DNA of 64,000 bases. It comes from Eledone cirrhosa (Eukaryota). The notes under the pieces are model-generated. The model did no database searches, was not told the DNA's origin, and saw nothing but the letters and a program-made list of their open reading frames with translations. Location: positions 16,802,001 through 16,866,000 of the forward strand of contig OZ024742.1 in NCBI GenBank assembly GCA_964016885.1, written 5' to 3'. Position numbers and translations under genes: made by a program. Of the stretch, positions 39,495 through 52,549 are shown one piece after another (position 1 is the stretch's first letter; the number at the start of each line of letters is the position of its first letter).

Positions 39495-40395
39495 GGAGGG
39501 GACAGTAGGCCAGGGGATGTCCAAGGAGGAAATAACATCAAGGAGGAAGAGCAGCCTTAAGGGAAAATCCCTTCATAGTACCTTCTTTGAGAAAACTGAA
39601 TTTAGAGATCCACAGACATGGAACTGGTTGAGAAGAGGAGATCTCAAAAAGGCTACAGAAGGAATGCTAATGGCTGCGCAGGAGCAGGCCCTCAAAACGA
39701 AGTGGTTGAAGCACCATATCTACAAGGAGGAGGCTAGCCCACTGTGCAGGATCTGTGGAGAGAGAGAGGAGACTGTGGCTCACATTGTGTCCGAGTGTAA
39801 ACACCTAGCCCAGACCCACTATAAGGGCTGGAGACACGATGTGATGGGCAGGGTGATCCACTGGCACCTGTGCAAAGTAAACAATTTACCACATTCTGAG
39901 AAATGGTATGAGCATAGGCCAGAGGCGGTGATGGAGAACAATCAGGTGAAGGTGCTGTGGGATTTTAGGATACAGACGGACAAAAAACTGGAACACAATA
40001 GACCTGACCTGGTGGTTGTGGACAAAGAAAAAAGATCGTGTCTGATTGTGGATGTGGCCTGCCCGTTCGACACGAGAGTGCAAGAGAAGGAGAGGGAGAA
40101 AATTAACCGATACCAGGACCTAAAGTGGGAGGTGAAAAGGATTTGGAACTGCCATGAAGTCAAAGTGATCCCGATTGTCATAGGCGCACTGGGGACTATC
40201 TCCAAAAGTTTCCAGGGATGGTTAAAGAAAATCGGCCCCTTCACGCTTTTTGGAACGCTTCAAAAGGCATGCTTGCTTGGAACAGCAAGAACCCTCCGAT
40301 ACGTCCTGAATATCTGAGGCTGCAGGTAGTGGCTTGATATTCAATCCAACGGACTTTCCAGTTAACCAACATCAATGACTGAGATTCAAGGAATA
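39493..40395 (+). mobile_element. 5'-truncated R4/Dong-type LINE, subfamily 1 (CCHC + restriction-like endonuclease)
   Basis: AAQEQAL, CRIC..HIVSEC, RHD, RPDLVV, IVDV, K..RY motifs. (AAT)n flanks. Confidence 0.92.
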
Positions 40396-40400
40396 ACAAC

Positions 40401-40464
<64 letters not shown>

Positions 40465-40465
<1 letters not shown>

Positions 40466-43439
40466 GAGATGAATGCTGACGGGCTAGGACAAGATTCGGT
40501 TGACATCCTAAATTTAGTGGTAGATGAATTGAACAATGATAGTGGGAGACCTATGAACCTAAGATTTGTAGACAGGAAAAAGTTAAAAGAAACAACAGCT
40601 AAGGTAAACAAAGTCATCCCATACCTTGAGGCGAGGAGCCTTCACCAGTGCAACAATATCCTCAAAGCAACAGCAAATACGGTGAGGAAACTACTTGGTA
40701 TAAAAGCGAGAGGAAACAACAGACAAGAAAGAGCAGAGCCTTGGTGGAAGAAACGACTGAGTGGTCAAATCAAGGAAATGAGAAATGACATAGGAAAGCT
40801 TGAGTCACTACTGAATGGGATACTAAAAAACATAGGCACTAAAAATAGACTGGAAATAAAGTACAAAAATAGGAGGAAAAAGCTAAATATTATCATAGAG
40901 GAACTGAAGCAACGCATTGTAGCAAACAGTGCAAAAATCAGGCGATACGAGAACAGAGTCAGTCAGTATAAACAGAACCGCATGTTCGACAACAACCAGA
41001 AGATGCTGTTTGGATAGCTTGAGGGGAAAGAAAGAGGCAACGACTTGATCCCTGAGGCGGAACAAACTAAAGCATTCTGGAGAGGAATATGGGAGCAGGA
41101 TGTTAGACATAATGACCAGGCAGGGTGGATTGAGACAGTACAGAGGGAGATCGGTGAGCAGGCACACCAACAAACTGATTTGAGTATCACAGTTGAAACT
41201 CTTAAGGGGCAGGCCAAGAAACTAACCAACTGGAAATCACCAGGCCCAGATGGTGTGCAGGGGTATTGGATTAAAAGTGTAACATCCCTCCACCCGAAAC
41301 TGACAGCCATGTTCAATGACTGCTTGGTGTCGGGTGAGGTGCCAGAGTGGTTGACAAAAGGAACCACAGTTCTGATAATGAAAGACCGAATCAAGGGTAA
41401 TGATGTTACCAACTATAGACCTATCACATGTCTGTCCGTAATGTGGAAACTGTTGACGAGCATTGTGTCTGAGGAAATCTACCATCACCTCCACACAAAC
41501 AACTTGTTACCGGACGAACAGAAAGGATGCCGAAAGAAGTCACGTGGTACAAAGGACCAGTTACTTATTGATAAGATGGTAATGGTGAATTGCAGGAGGA
41601 GACACACTGATCTTGCCATGGGATGGATAGACTACAGAAAGGCATTTGACATGGTGCCTCATTCTTGGATCACCAAAAGCCTGGAGATCTTCAAGGTGGA
41701 AGATAACATCAGACAGTTGCTGGGCAGGAGTATGGGGTCCTGGGAGACAGAGTTGACATCAACTGGAGTATCCTTGGGAAGCGTGAAGATCAAGAGAGTT
41801 ATTTTCCAGGGAGATAGCCTGTCCCCTCTGTTGTTTGTCCTTGCCCTGATGCCCTTGACCATTATGCTGCGAAAAGTGAGAGCAGGATACAAGTTGGGAA
41901 AGGGAGAGCTTACCATCAATCACCTCCTCTTCATGGACGATCTTAAGCTCTTCGGGAAGAGTGAGAAGGAGTTGGATGTGCTTGTTGACACTGTCCGTAT
42001 TTTCAGCAGTGATATATGTATGCAGTTTGGTATTAGTAAGTGTGGAGTCATTGTGATGAGGAGGGGTAGGTTGAGCAGAAGTAACGGAATCCAGATACCA
42101 ACAGGTGAGATGATAAAAGAAATTGACTCTGAGGAAGGATACCAGTATTTGGGCGTTCTGGAGGCTGATGGCATAAAGAACAAAAACATGAAGGAATTGT
42201 TAAGAACTGAATACATTCGGAGAGTAAGGAGCGTATTGAAGTCACATCTGAACAGCAGAAATGCCATAAGCGCAGTAAATTCCCGAGCTGTGTCCATTAT
42301 TAGGTACAGTGCGGGAATTCTGAGATGGAATGTTGCTGAAAAAAAAGAAATGGATAGGGAGACTAGGAAGCTATTGACTATCTACAACATGTTCCACAAG
42401 AGGAGTGATGTCGATAGACTCTACTTAAGGAGATCTGAAGGTAGAAGAGGTCTTATCAGCATAGAGGACTGTGTTGAGATGGAGAAAAACAACCTATACA
42501 AATGCGTGACTGATAGTAAGGAGCCAATGCTCAGAACTGTACTGAAGGAGGGGACAATAGGCCAGGGGATGTCCAAGGAGGAAATAACATCAAGGAGAAA
42601 GAGCAGCCTTCAGGGAAAATCCCTTCATAGTACCTTCTTTGAGAAAACTGAATTTAGAGATCCACAGACATGGAACTGGTTGAGAAGAGGAGACCTTAAA
42701 AAGGCTACAGAAGAAATGTTAATGGCTGCGCAGGAGCAGGCCCTCAAAACGAAGTGGTTGAAACACCATATTTACAAGGAGGAGGCTAGCCCACTGTGCA
42801 GGATCTGTGGAGAGAGGAGACTGTGGCTCATAGTGTATCCGAGTGTAAACACCTAGCCCAGACCCACTATAAGGGCTGGAGACATGATGTGATGGGCAGG
42901 GTGATCCACTGGCACCTGAGCAAAGTAAACAATTTACCACATTCTGAGAAATGGTATGAGCATAGGCCAGAGGCGGTGATGGAGAACGATCAGGTGAAGG
43001 TGCTGTGGGATTTTAGGATACAGACGGAAAAGAAACTGGAACACAATAGACTTGACCTGGTGGTTGTGGACAAAGAAAAAAGATCGTGTCTGATTGTGGA
43101 TGTGGCCTGCCCATTCGACACGAGAGTGCAAGAGAAGGAGAGGGAGAAAATTAACCGATACCAGGACTTAAAGTGGGAGGTAAAAAGGATTTGGAAATGC
43201 CATGAAGTCAAAGTGATCCCGATTGTCATAGGCGCACTGGGGACTATGTCCAAAAGTTTCCAGGGATGGTTAAAGAAAATCGGCCCCTTCACGCTTTTTG
43301 GAACGCTTCAAAAGGCATGCTTGCTGGGAACAGCAAGAACCCTCCGATACGTCCTGAATATCTGAGGCTGCAGGTAGTGGCTTGATATTCATTCCAACGG
43401 ACTTTCCAGTTAACCAACATCAATGACTGAGATTCAAGG

Positions 43440-43440
<1 letters not shown>
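40465..43440 (+). mobile_element. 5'-truncated R4/Dong-type LINE, subfamily 1 (RT + RLE)
   Basis: ORFs 40469-41017, 41045-42856 (WKSPGPD, YRPITCL, IDYRKAFD, FQGDSLSP, FMDD) and 42796-43365. (AAT)n flanks. Confidence 0.94.
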
Positions 43441-43470
<30 letters not shown>

Positions 43471-43999
43471 TGTTTAATTCCAATTTTACGGGAATATGTC
43501 AACACAATATATATTAAACATACGCGACACACACTCATATATACTACATATCACAAAACTCAGTAACGTCAACGCCACCGCCGCCACCACTTCATCCATC
43601 ATTGCTACCACTACCCCATCACCGCTGCCACCACTTCTTCATTGCTACCACCACTATTCCCCTGTTAACTTGAGAGAGAAATGGGAAGGTGGCGGTATCA
43701 CTAGACAAGGGAGAAGCTAGCAAAAGATATAAATAGATTGACTTAGTGACCTGGCCACGGGCCAAACATCAACATCAACAACTATGGCACTGCTGGCTCA
43801 CTCCTTCCTCACCAACAATATAAAAATCCCCAGCACCACCACCGACATAGCCAACAACAATAACAGGCAACTTCAGCAAAAAGTATATTATATTATTGTA
43901 ATGCACTGGGTGATTGCTGGCTTGTGCCTAGAGTGGAGACAATTAGTAATAATTTCATTCTTAAGCCACGCAATGCTCACATTAAGGAACCACTCATGA

Positions 44000-46900
44000 T
44001 AATAACAATTTAAAAAAAAAACAACAAAAAGAAAACCCCGTGACCAAGAAATACCGGGATGGCGGCCGGCGGGGAATAGCCGTGTCTCTAGGGGAGAACG
44101 ACCCCTCTAGTCTTGGTTGACACTCGTTCTAGAAGTGGTAACACGAAATGATTACTACTTGGCGGATAATGATAAAACGCGACAAAATAAAGTAAATGTC
44201 TAATGATAAAATCTCATACCGGATCGGCCGTCACCCGGGTAAAAAAAGGCCGCGTCCCTCAGAGGAACCAGACTGGGGTCGAAAAATCAGCTAATGGTTC
44301 AAACCTTCCCATCACTTCGGAGCTGGAGACCTCCCATAACCGGAATACTCCTACTGTTGGCCCTCCATGCTCACCACCAAGAAATCAAAAGAAAAAGAGA
44401 GAAAAATGGTCAAGGGAAGATAATAAAGAAGTCCTTCAGGCTTTCTACACTGCCATGTACTACCCATCAAATACATCGAATACAGAACAGACATATATCA
44501 ACTGGAAAAAGAAACATCCCGAAAACAGAGGCTATATTGACAGTAACAAACTAGCCAATATACGAAGAAATATTGTAAGAAAAAAGTTACTAACTGATAT
44601 AGAAATTGATCAGATCAAGCTATTAGCACAAAGTCAGCGAAGGGAAAATGAAACATGTGTCAGTGAAAACGAGGTAAATTGTAACACTTCGAATCCCAGG
44701 GTTGGGGCGGAATCACTGGCAACAGAACAAATTAAAGAAAGGATCGAAAAAGTGGAGGGAGTGCATGCTCAAGATGAAACTCCAAATGAAAATAATGAGA
44801 TCGTAAATGATAAAGAAATGAATGAGAATGAACTTGCCAACTTGAAGGATGAAATTATGATCGAATGGATGAAAATGAAAGAATCTGACATGGGGCAACG
44901 AGACACCCTCCCTAAGATCCAGAACTCCAAACAGAACCAAAAGATAATACACAAGACTAACATAATTCTCAAAAACATTATCATCACAAACAAACTAAAC
45001 ATTACTGATTTAAATCATCTCTATTATACATCGGCTAAAGTCACCACTCACTTATGTGGAGTGAAGATGAAAAAACAAAGGAATTCCCACAAGAAATCTA
45101 CTTGGCAAGAGAACATCAATCGCCAAGTAACCTTCTCCGATCTGACATAGAAATTTTAACAAACTATAAAGTAGGTGAACATGTTAAACAAACTAAACTT
45201 AGAAAATTGGGAAAAAAAGTACAGTATAAAATCAACAAGTGACATAGACATGCTGATAGAAATAATCAAACAAAAAGTGTCGGCCAAAGCTGCTCGTATA
45301 AGGCGCTTTGAAAAACGATCTAGATTCTATAAGGACAATAATATGTTCAAAAACAACTAAAGAAACTTCTACAGCAAAAATTGGTAAGTCAACAATAACT
45401 GCTAAATCAATACCATCCAAGGAGGAAGTGCAAGAATTCTGGGAAAAGATCTGGGCCGAAGAAAAAGTTCATAACATACATGCCCCATGGATAGACAGAC
45501 AAATGAAAGATACAGCTCACCTTGAGGAACAAATATGGGAAAATATAACAGTTGAACAGTTGCGCTTGGCTCTAAGAAAAACCAGCAAATGGAAATCCCC
45601 AGGAAAAGACAAAATACAAAACTTTTGGATAAATGCCTTCACAGAGTCTCATGAGCTGTTAGCCCAAATTTACAATGAAATAATTAAGGAGCCAGAAAAG
45701 ATACCACCATGGCTAGTTAACGGCATTACATTCCTGCTTCCGAAGAATAATGAGACAAACAATCCCAAAAATTACAGACCGATAAATTGCTTGACCACAA
45801 TGTATAAAATGTTAACATCAGTCCTAACTGAATATACATATGACCACATGATAACAAATGACCTATTTCCCATTGAGCAGAAAGGGTGTAAACGAGGCTC
45901 ATCTGGCTGTAAGGATCAGCTTTTGGTTAACAAAATGATACTGGAAGATTGTCATAACAGACACAAAAATCTATCAATTGCTTGGATAGATTATAAAAAA
46001 GCATTCGATAGTTTGCCACACAGTTGGATTGAAAAATGTTTAGAGATTTTCAAAATATCTCCCGTTGTCAGGAGGTTTTTGTCATTCAGTATGAAGACAT
46101 GGAAAACGACACTCCTTTTGAATAGTGAAACAAAATCACCGGAAGCTGGAGAAGTTAATATTAATTGTGGAATTTTTCAGGGTGACTCTTTATCACCGCT
46201 TTTATTCTGCATCGCACTTATACCATTAAGTAAAATGCTCAATGAAACAAAACATGGATATAGAGTCTATGACAAAACCATTAATCACCTGTTCTACATG
46301 GATGACCTGAAACTATTTGCAAAAAATGATGAACAATTGCAAGGGCTATTATCCACTGTGAAGCAGTTCAGTGATGACATTAAAATGGAGTTTGGACTGG
46401 ATAAATGCGCCAAAGCAACGTTCACCAGAGGAAAACTGCTGAAGAGTTCAGACATTAATCTTGATCGGGGGAACGTGATAAGAGAGCTTGATCAAGAACA
46501 AACTTACAAATATCTAGGTGTTTGTGAAGGAGACGGAATCAAGCACTCGACAATGAGGGAAAGGATAAGGAAGGAATGTTACCGCAGAGTCAGAGCAATC
46601 TTAAGAACGGAATTGAATGCAAGGAATAGGATCGATGCCATAAACACGCTTGCCATACCAGTAGTAACCTACAGTTACAATGCCATCAACTGGTCAAGCA
46701 CAGAGATCCGTAGGCTCGATACAAAAATCCGAAAATTCTTAACCATGCACAGAATGCATCACCCTAAGGCAGACATAGATAGAATATATCCCCCTAGGAA
46801 AGAAGGAGGACATGGGTTAATCCAGTTAGACATTGCGTTGAAAACTGCAACAATTGGATTATCCACATATCTAAGGGAATCACATGATTGGATGATCAAA

Positions 46901-47985
46901 CTCGTTTTGAAACACGAAAGCACCAAAAGATCATATTCCATTACAAAAGATGCACAAAGATACAGTAATGGACTACAAATTTCAGAAGTCCCATTTACTG
47001 CTGAAATGGAAAACACAGAAAAAGCAAAGCAGGTAAAAGTAACTGCAAAGAAAGAACTGCTACAGAAACTGGCTAAGAAATGGCAAGAAAAGCCTCTGTA
47101 TGGAAAATACCCAGAGCGAGCTAACAATCCTGATGTTGACAAAACTTTAACCCATCAGTGGTTGGCATCCTCTGGACTGAAATCGGAGACTGAAGGACTA
47201 ATTATATCCGCACAAGATCAGTGTCTGCCAACAAAAAATTACCAAGCCAACATAATAAAAAATGGGTGCAGCCCATTATGCCGTGTATGCAAAAAACAAC
47301 CAGAGACCATTGACCATATAATTTCAATGTGCAGTCCTATAGCTCCAACCGAATACCTAAACAGGCATGACAGAGCTGCACAATACATACATTGGATAAT
47401 GTGTAAGCATTTTGACCTGCCCCATCAAAAGAATTGGTGGGAGCATCAACCACCTCCCATACTTGAAAAAGATCACATCTCAATCTTGTGGAACTTTAGC
47501 ATCCAAACAGACCGAAAAATAGATGCAAATAGACCTGATATAATATTGAAGGACTTTCAAAGGAGGGTATGCCTGCTAATTGATATGTCTGTTCCAATAG
47601 ACAAGAATGTATCTATAAAAACATTTGAAAAATTGAGCAAGTATAAGGACCTGGAGATAGAAATTGGAAAAATGTGGAAATTGAGAACTAAAACAATACC
47701 AGTGGTTGTAGGCGCTCTGGGAATGATACCTAAGGGGTCTAACGACTACTTATCGCAAATCCCAGGAAACCCGCGTATAGGAGAAATACAAAAGATAGTA
47801 CTAATGGGAACTGCCCATATACTAAGGAAGATCCTGTCAATATAAGTACATCACAAGTCTAAACACTAAGGATGCATGTGTGAATATGTGTGTTCTTTCT
47901 TGAACATGGCGGACCTTGTTGTCTCTTGAGGTCACTGGTTGTGACTTGGTGATAACTCGTATAAACATAAAGCAAGATAAATGCA
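44000..47985 (+). mobile_element. Apparently full-length R4/Dong-type LINE, subfamily 2
   Basis: Structured leader, a single long ORF 44203-47845 broken near 45135-45360, a 3'UTR, then (AAT)n. Confidence 0.92.
44203..47845 (+). pseudogene. R4/Dong ORF: N-terminal domain, RT (YMDD), CCHC finger, PD..D restriction-like endonuclease
   Basis: KWSREDNKEV N-terminal motif, FQGDSLSP, YMDD, CRVC..HIISMC, RHD, RPDII..LIDM. Frame breaks lie between ORFs 44203-45150, 45175-45360 and 45308-47845. Confidence 0.9.
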
Positions 47986-48031
<46 letters not shown>

Positions 48032-48034
<3 letters not shown>

Positions 48035-49822
48035 GTACCTCATTCTTGGATAACCAAAAGCCTAGAGATCTTCAGGGTGACAGATAACATCAGTCAGTTG
48101 TTGGGCAAAAGTATGAAGTCTTGGAAAACAGAGTTAACATCGGGCGGAGAATCCTTAGGAGGCGTGAAGATCAAGAGATGTATATTCCAGGGAGATAGTT
48201 TGTCCCCTCTGTTGTTTGTCCTTGCCCTGATCCCACTGACAATTATCCTGCGAAAGGTGAGAGCAGGATACAAGTTGGGAAAGGGAGAGCTTACCATCAA
48301 TCACCTCCTCTTCATGGACGATCTTAAGCTCTTCGAGAAGAGTGAAAAGGAGTTGGATGTGCTTGTTGACACTGTCCGTATTTTCAGCAATGATATATGT
48401 ATGCAATGTGATATTAGTAAGTGTGGACTCCTTGTGATGAAGAGGGGTAAATTGAGAAGAAGCAACGGAATCCAGGTACCAACAGGTGAGATGATAAAGG
48501 AAATTGATACTGAAGAAGGATACAAATATTTAGGTGTTCTGGAGGCTGATGACATCAAGAACAAATAAAAATGAAGGAATTGTTAAGATCTGAATACATT
48601 CGGAGAGTAAGGAGTGTATTAAAGTCACATCTGAACAGTAGGAATGCCATAAGTGCAGTAAATTCCCGAGTTCTGTCTATTATTAGGTACAGTGTGGGAA
48701 TTCTGAGATGGAATATTGCTGAACAAAAAGAAATGGATAGGAAGACTAGGAAGCTATTGACTATCCACAACATGTTCCACAAGAGAAGTGATGTCGATAG
48801 ACTCTACTTAAGGAGATCTGAAGGTGGAAGCGGTCTTATCAGCAAAAAGGACTGTGTTCAGGTGAAGAAAAACAACCTACACAAATACGTGACTGATAGT
48901 AGGGAGCCAATGCTCAGAATTGTACTGAAGGAGAGGACAATAGGCCAGGGGATGTCCAAGGAGGAAATAACTACAAGGAGAAAGAGCAACCTTCATAAAA
49001 AATCCCTTCATAGTACCTTCTTTGAGAAAACGGAATTTAGAGATACACAGACATAGAACTGGTTGAAAAGAGGAGACCTTAAAAAGGCTACAGAAGGAAT
49101 GCTAATGGCTGCGCAAGAGCAGGCCCTCAAAACGAAGTGGCTAAAACACCATATTTACAAGGAGGAGGCTAGCCCACTGTGTAGGATCTGTGGAGAGAGA
49201 GAGAGGAGACTGGCTCACATTGTATCCGAGTGTAAACACCTAGGCCAGACTCACTATAAAGGCTGGAGACATGATGCGATGGGTAGGGTGATTCACAGGC
49301 ACCTATGCAAAGTAAACAATTTACCACATTCTGAGAAGTGGTATGAGCATAAGCCAGAGTCGGTGATAGAAAACGATCAGGTGAAGGTGCTGTGGGATTT
49401 TAGGATACAGACGGACAAGAAACTGGAACACAATGGACCTGATCTGGTGGTTTGGGACAAGGGAAAAAGATCGTGCCTGATTGCGGATGTAGCCTGCCCA
49501 TTCGACACGAGAGTGCAAGAGAAGGAGAGGGAGAAAATTAACCGATACCAGGACTTAAAGTGGGAGGTAAAAAGGGTTTGGAACTGCCATGAAGTCAAAG
49601 TGGTCCCGATTGTCATAGGTGCATTAGGTACTATCTCAAAGAGTTTCCAAGGATGGTTAAAGAAAATTGGCCCCGCTTTTTGGAAAACTTCAAAAGGCAT
49701 GCTTGCTGGGAGCAGCAAGAACTCTCCGATACGTCCTGAATATCTGAGGCTGCAGGTAGCGGCTTGATATTCATTTCAACAAACTTTTCAGTTAAATAAC
49801 ATCAATGACTGAGACTCAAAAA
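48032..49822 (+). mobile_element. 5'-truncated, decayed R4/Dong subfamily 1 copy
   Basis: Collinear with 41651-43440, with (AAT)n on both sides. Confidence 0.92.
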
Positions 49823-50380
49823 CAATAAAAATAATAATAATAATAATTCAAACTAAAATAAGCATAATAATTACATTTTTTTGTATATATACATACATAC
49901 ATGTATTTATACATCGTTATCGAGTATGGCCATTGCACAATATACCATTATTAATAATTATTAATTAATTCTATCGTGCAATGCCTGTACGTGAAGGTAT
50001 TTTTTAAAGTGAGGAAAACTGGGCACTGAGCCAATCCCACTCTCTGAGTGACAGTAGCTATAACCCGAAAAGAAGAAAAGATCAACATCATCGGTAACTA
50101 CTGAGCCGCAGGTTTTATATCGGTGTTATCCCAGTTTCCTGAGTTGCCTTCTCCTAGAAGACTGCCCTGACAAAGGCTAGGGGTCCTTCACTCCCAGTGG
50201 TTTAACAAAGGGCGGAAGAACTCATAAGAGACAACGGTCATCCAAAAGTGTGCAAATATGTATATGCAGATGTACATATGTATGTATATGTGTATATACA
50301 TGGGTGCATGTGTATGTATATGCGCGGGACATAGAAATAATCGGGCTGGACACCCGATCGCGCGGTTAAATATACATATA

Positions 50381-50487
<107 letters not shown>

Positions 50488-50600
50488 GATCGGATTCCAG
50501 TTGCTAATCACTTTACTGTGTCGGCCGTCAAACACAGTCATAGCCGGCATGGGCTGGTGTTTGGATTCTGTCGATCGATTGGTTATTGATTAGGCGATAT
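50488..50600 (+). repeat. ~110 bp direct repeat of 51002-51113
   Basis: GATCGGATTCCAGTTGC...GATTAGGCGATA occurs twice. Confidence 0.9.
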
Positions 50601-50672
50601 ATATATGTATATATATATATATATATATTGACGCAACATAAGTCAATTGCATGAACCAATAATCCTTTATTT

Positions 50673-50728
50673 ACTGCTATATATATTTCGATGATAGCCA
50701 TTGAATGGCTATGACCTCATCAGACAGT
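50673..50728 (-). ncRNA. Type I minimal hammerhead ribozyme
   Basis: Minus strand: ACUGU-CUGAUGA-GGUCAUAGCCAU(UCA)AUGGCUAUCAUC-GAAA-UAUAUA-UA^-GCAGU. All core nucleotides and stems I and II are present, with a palindromic stem III. Confidence 0.8.
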
Positions 50729-50806
50729 TAGTCAGTTCTTAGATATGATATGCCAGCTCTGTGTTTATGGTGTTGATGGTACATATATATATGTGTGTGT
50801 GTGTGT

Positions 50807-50892
<86 letters not shown>

Positions 50893-50894
<2 letters not shown>

Positions 50895-51375
50895 TTGGCT
50901 GAAAGTTTGTGACGGGAACGAATATATTTGTTTCCTATTTTCCCGCCACCACGTAAAATTTGTAAATCGGTTGTTGGTGGTGGTAGGGGGAGGGCAGAAT
51001 AGATCGGATTCCAGTTGCTAATCACTTTACTGTGTCGGCCGTCACAAACAGTCATAGCCGGCATGGACTGGGGTTTGGATTCTGTCGATCGATTGGTTAT
51101 TGATTAGGCGATACCCGCTGATGAAGCCACATACGCCGATTATGCATTGTTGCATAATATATGCAGATATCTGGTGCAGTGCACTTTACTGCTGCATTAA
51201 GTGTGGCCGAAACTCGAGTCCGGGAACTATTATAGGTACCCGTTTTACGTGTGTTGTATTGAAACGAATAACTATGTGTATACTCTGGAAATGTATCCTA
51301 CATTACCTATTGAGTACGCTGAGATACAACCGGTCCTGGCATTGATAAATATGCTGGGTTCGTCAACTCCTTATT
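50893..51375 (+). mobile_element. Penelope pseudo-LTR-like or retrozyme-like non-coding element carrying a hammerhead
   Basis: Non-coding unit bounded by (TA)n, with a hammerhead ~150 bp from its 3' end. Confidence 0.55.
51114..51224 (+). ncRNA. Type I hammerhead ribozyme with extended stem II
   Basis: CCCG-CUGAUGA-A-GCCACA...UGUGGC-C-GAAA-CUCGAG-UC^-CGGG, with palindromic ACUCGAGU stem III and a GUC cleavage triplet. Confidence 0.8.
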
Positions 51376-52512
51376 ATATATATATATATATATATGTTTG
51401 TGTGTGTGTGTGGGTGTGGGTGTGTGTGGGTGTATTTGTTTGTGTGTGTGTGTGTTTGTTTGTCTGTGTGTGTATAGAGCTTTATTCTTCCTTTACATAA
51501 TGCTATTTGAAATTCATCTGAAAACACATCAAATTAGCTACTTAGATTATATTCATTTGCCACGCTTTTGTTTGCATTCTATATTTTTGAAAACGTGACT
51601 GCAAATTAGTAGCACTGATATCTTTATTTGATCAATACAAGAATCAAGAACTTATCCATCAAGTTCTGCAATTTCAGACCAGTATGGCTTCTCAAGCTAC
51701 ATAATTATATTCTCCCCTCTTGTTAACTGCCCCTCAAATCCTGCTGAGTACGATGCTATTCTTTTCAGTATCAAATTTCAACCAATCAGAAGCATATTAG
51801 CTGTGGTTTCATTGCGCCATTTTAATCATTAACAAAGAAAGACGTTGACAGCTACATCCGGCTTTTCAACAAAAGATATGTTTGTTGTGGTAAATTCTTA
51901 ATTGATGTTCTTTTCAGCTGCTTGAGTCAGATGTGTATACGATAAGAAGCGAATGGTAATTAATTTATCGAAAATGGTTTTACTTTTGAAACAATTTTAA
52001 TTTGTAAAGCAAAAGTTGAATATTAATATGATAAAATATCTCGATTAGAAAGAGGATGGTGGAAAAGAAAAAAGAAATTATTATGTGCATTTCAAAATCA
52101 ATATTGTGTTATTAGACAATCAATTTCTAAAGATGTAAAACAAACTATTTTATATTCATATATATTAATTATATAATATATAATATATAAGTGAGTGGGT
52201 GTTCTTGTTATCATTGTTATTAGGTTTTCATATTGTGTTCAGGTCCCTTTAGGCATTTAGAATAAACGGATAGAGGGTTTAGGTCAATAGACCTCTTATT
52301 ACTCTAAATCTCTCCTTATCTTCTAGTCTAGTTGAGATATAAATGTTTCGTAGAGTTTTAAAAAGAAATAGAAAAGAACTGGGAAGATTAGATTTGGAGA
52401 AGTAGTAATAGAAAGAATACAATCAAAATGCCTTATTATTAAAACAAATATGAAACCCAGCACAGTATTTCAATTACTAACTCAGACACGCCAACTGAAG
52501 AAAGAGTTGCAT

Positions 52513-52549
<37 letters not shown>

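Noticed and set aside
49985-50250. Probable interspersed repeat fragment
   Set aside because: It is single-copy in this window and I cannot assign a family or boundaries.
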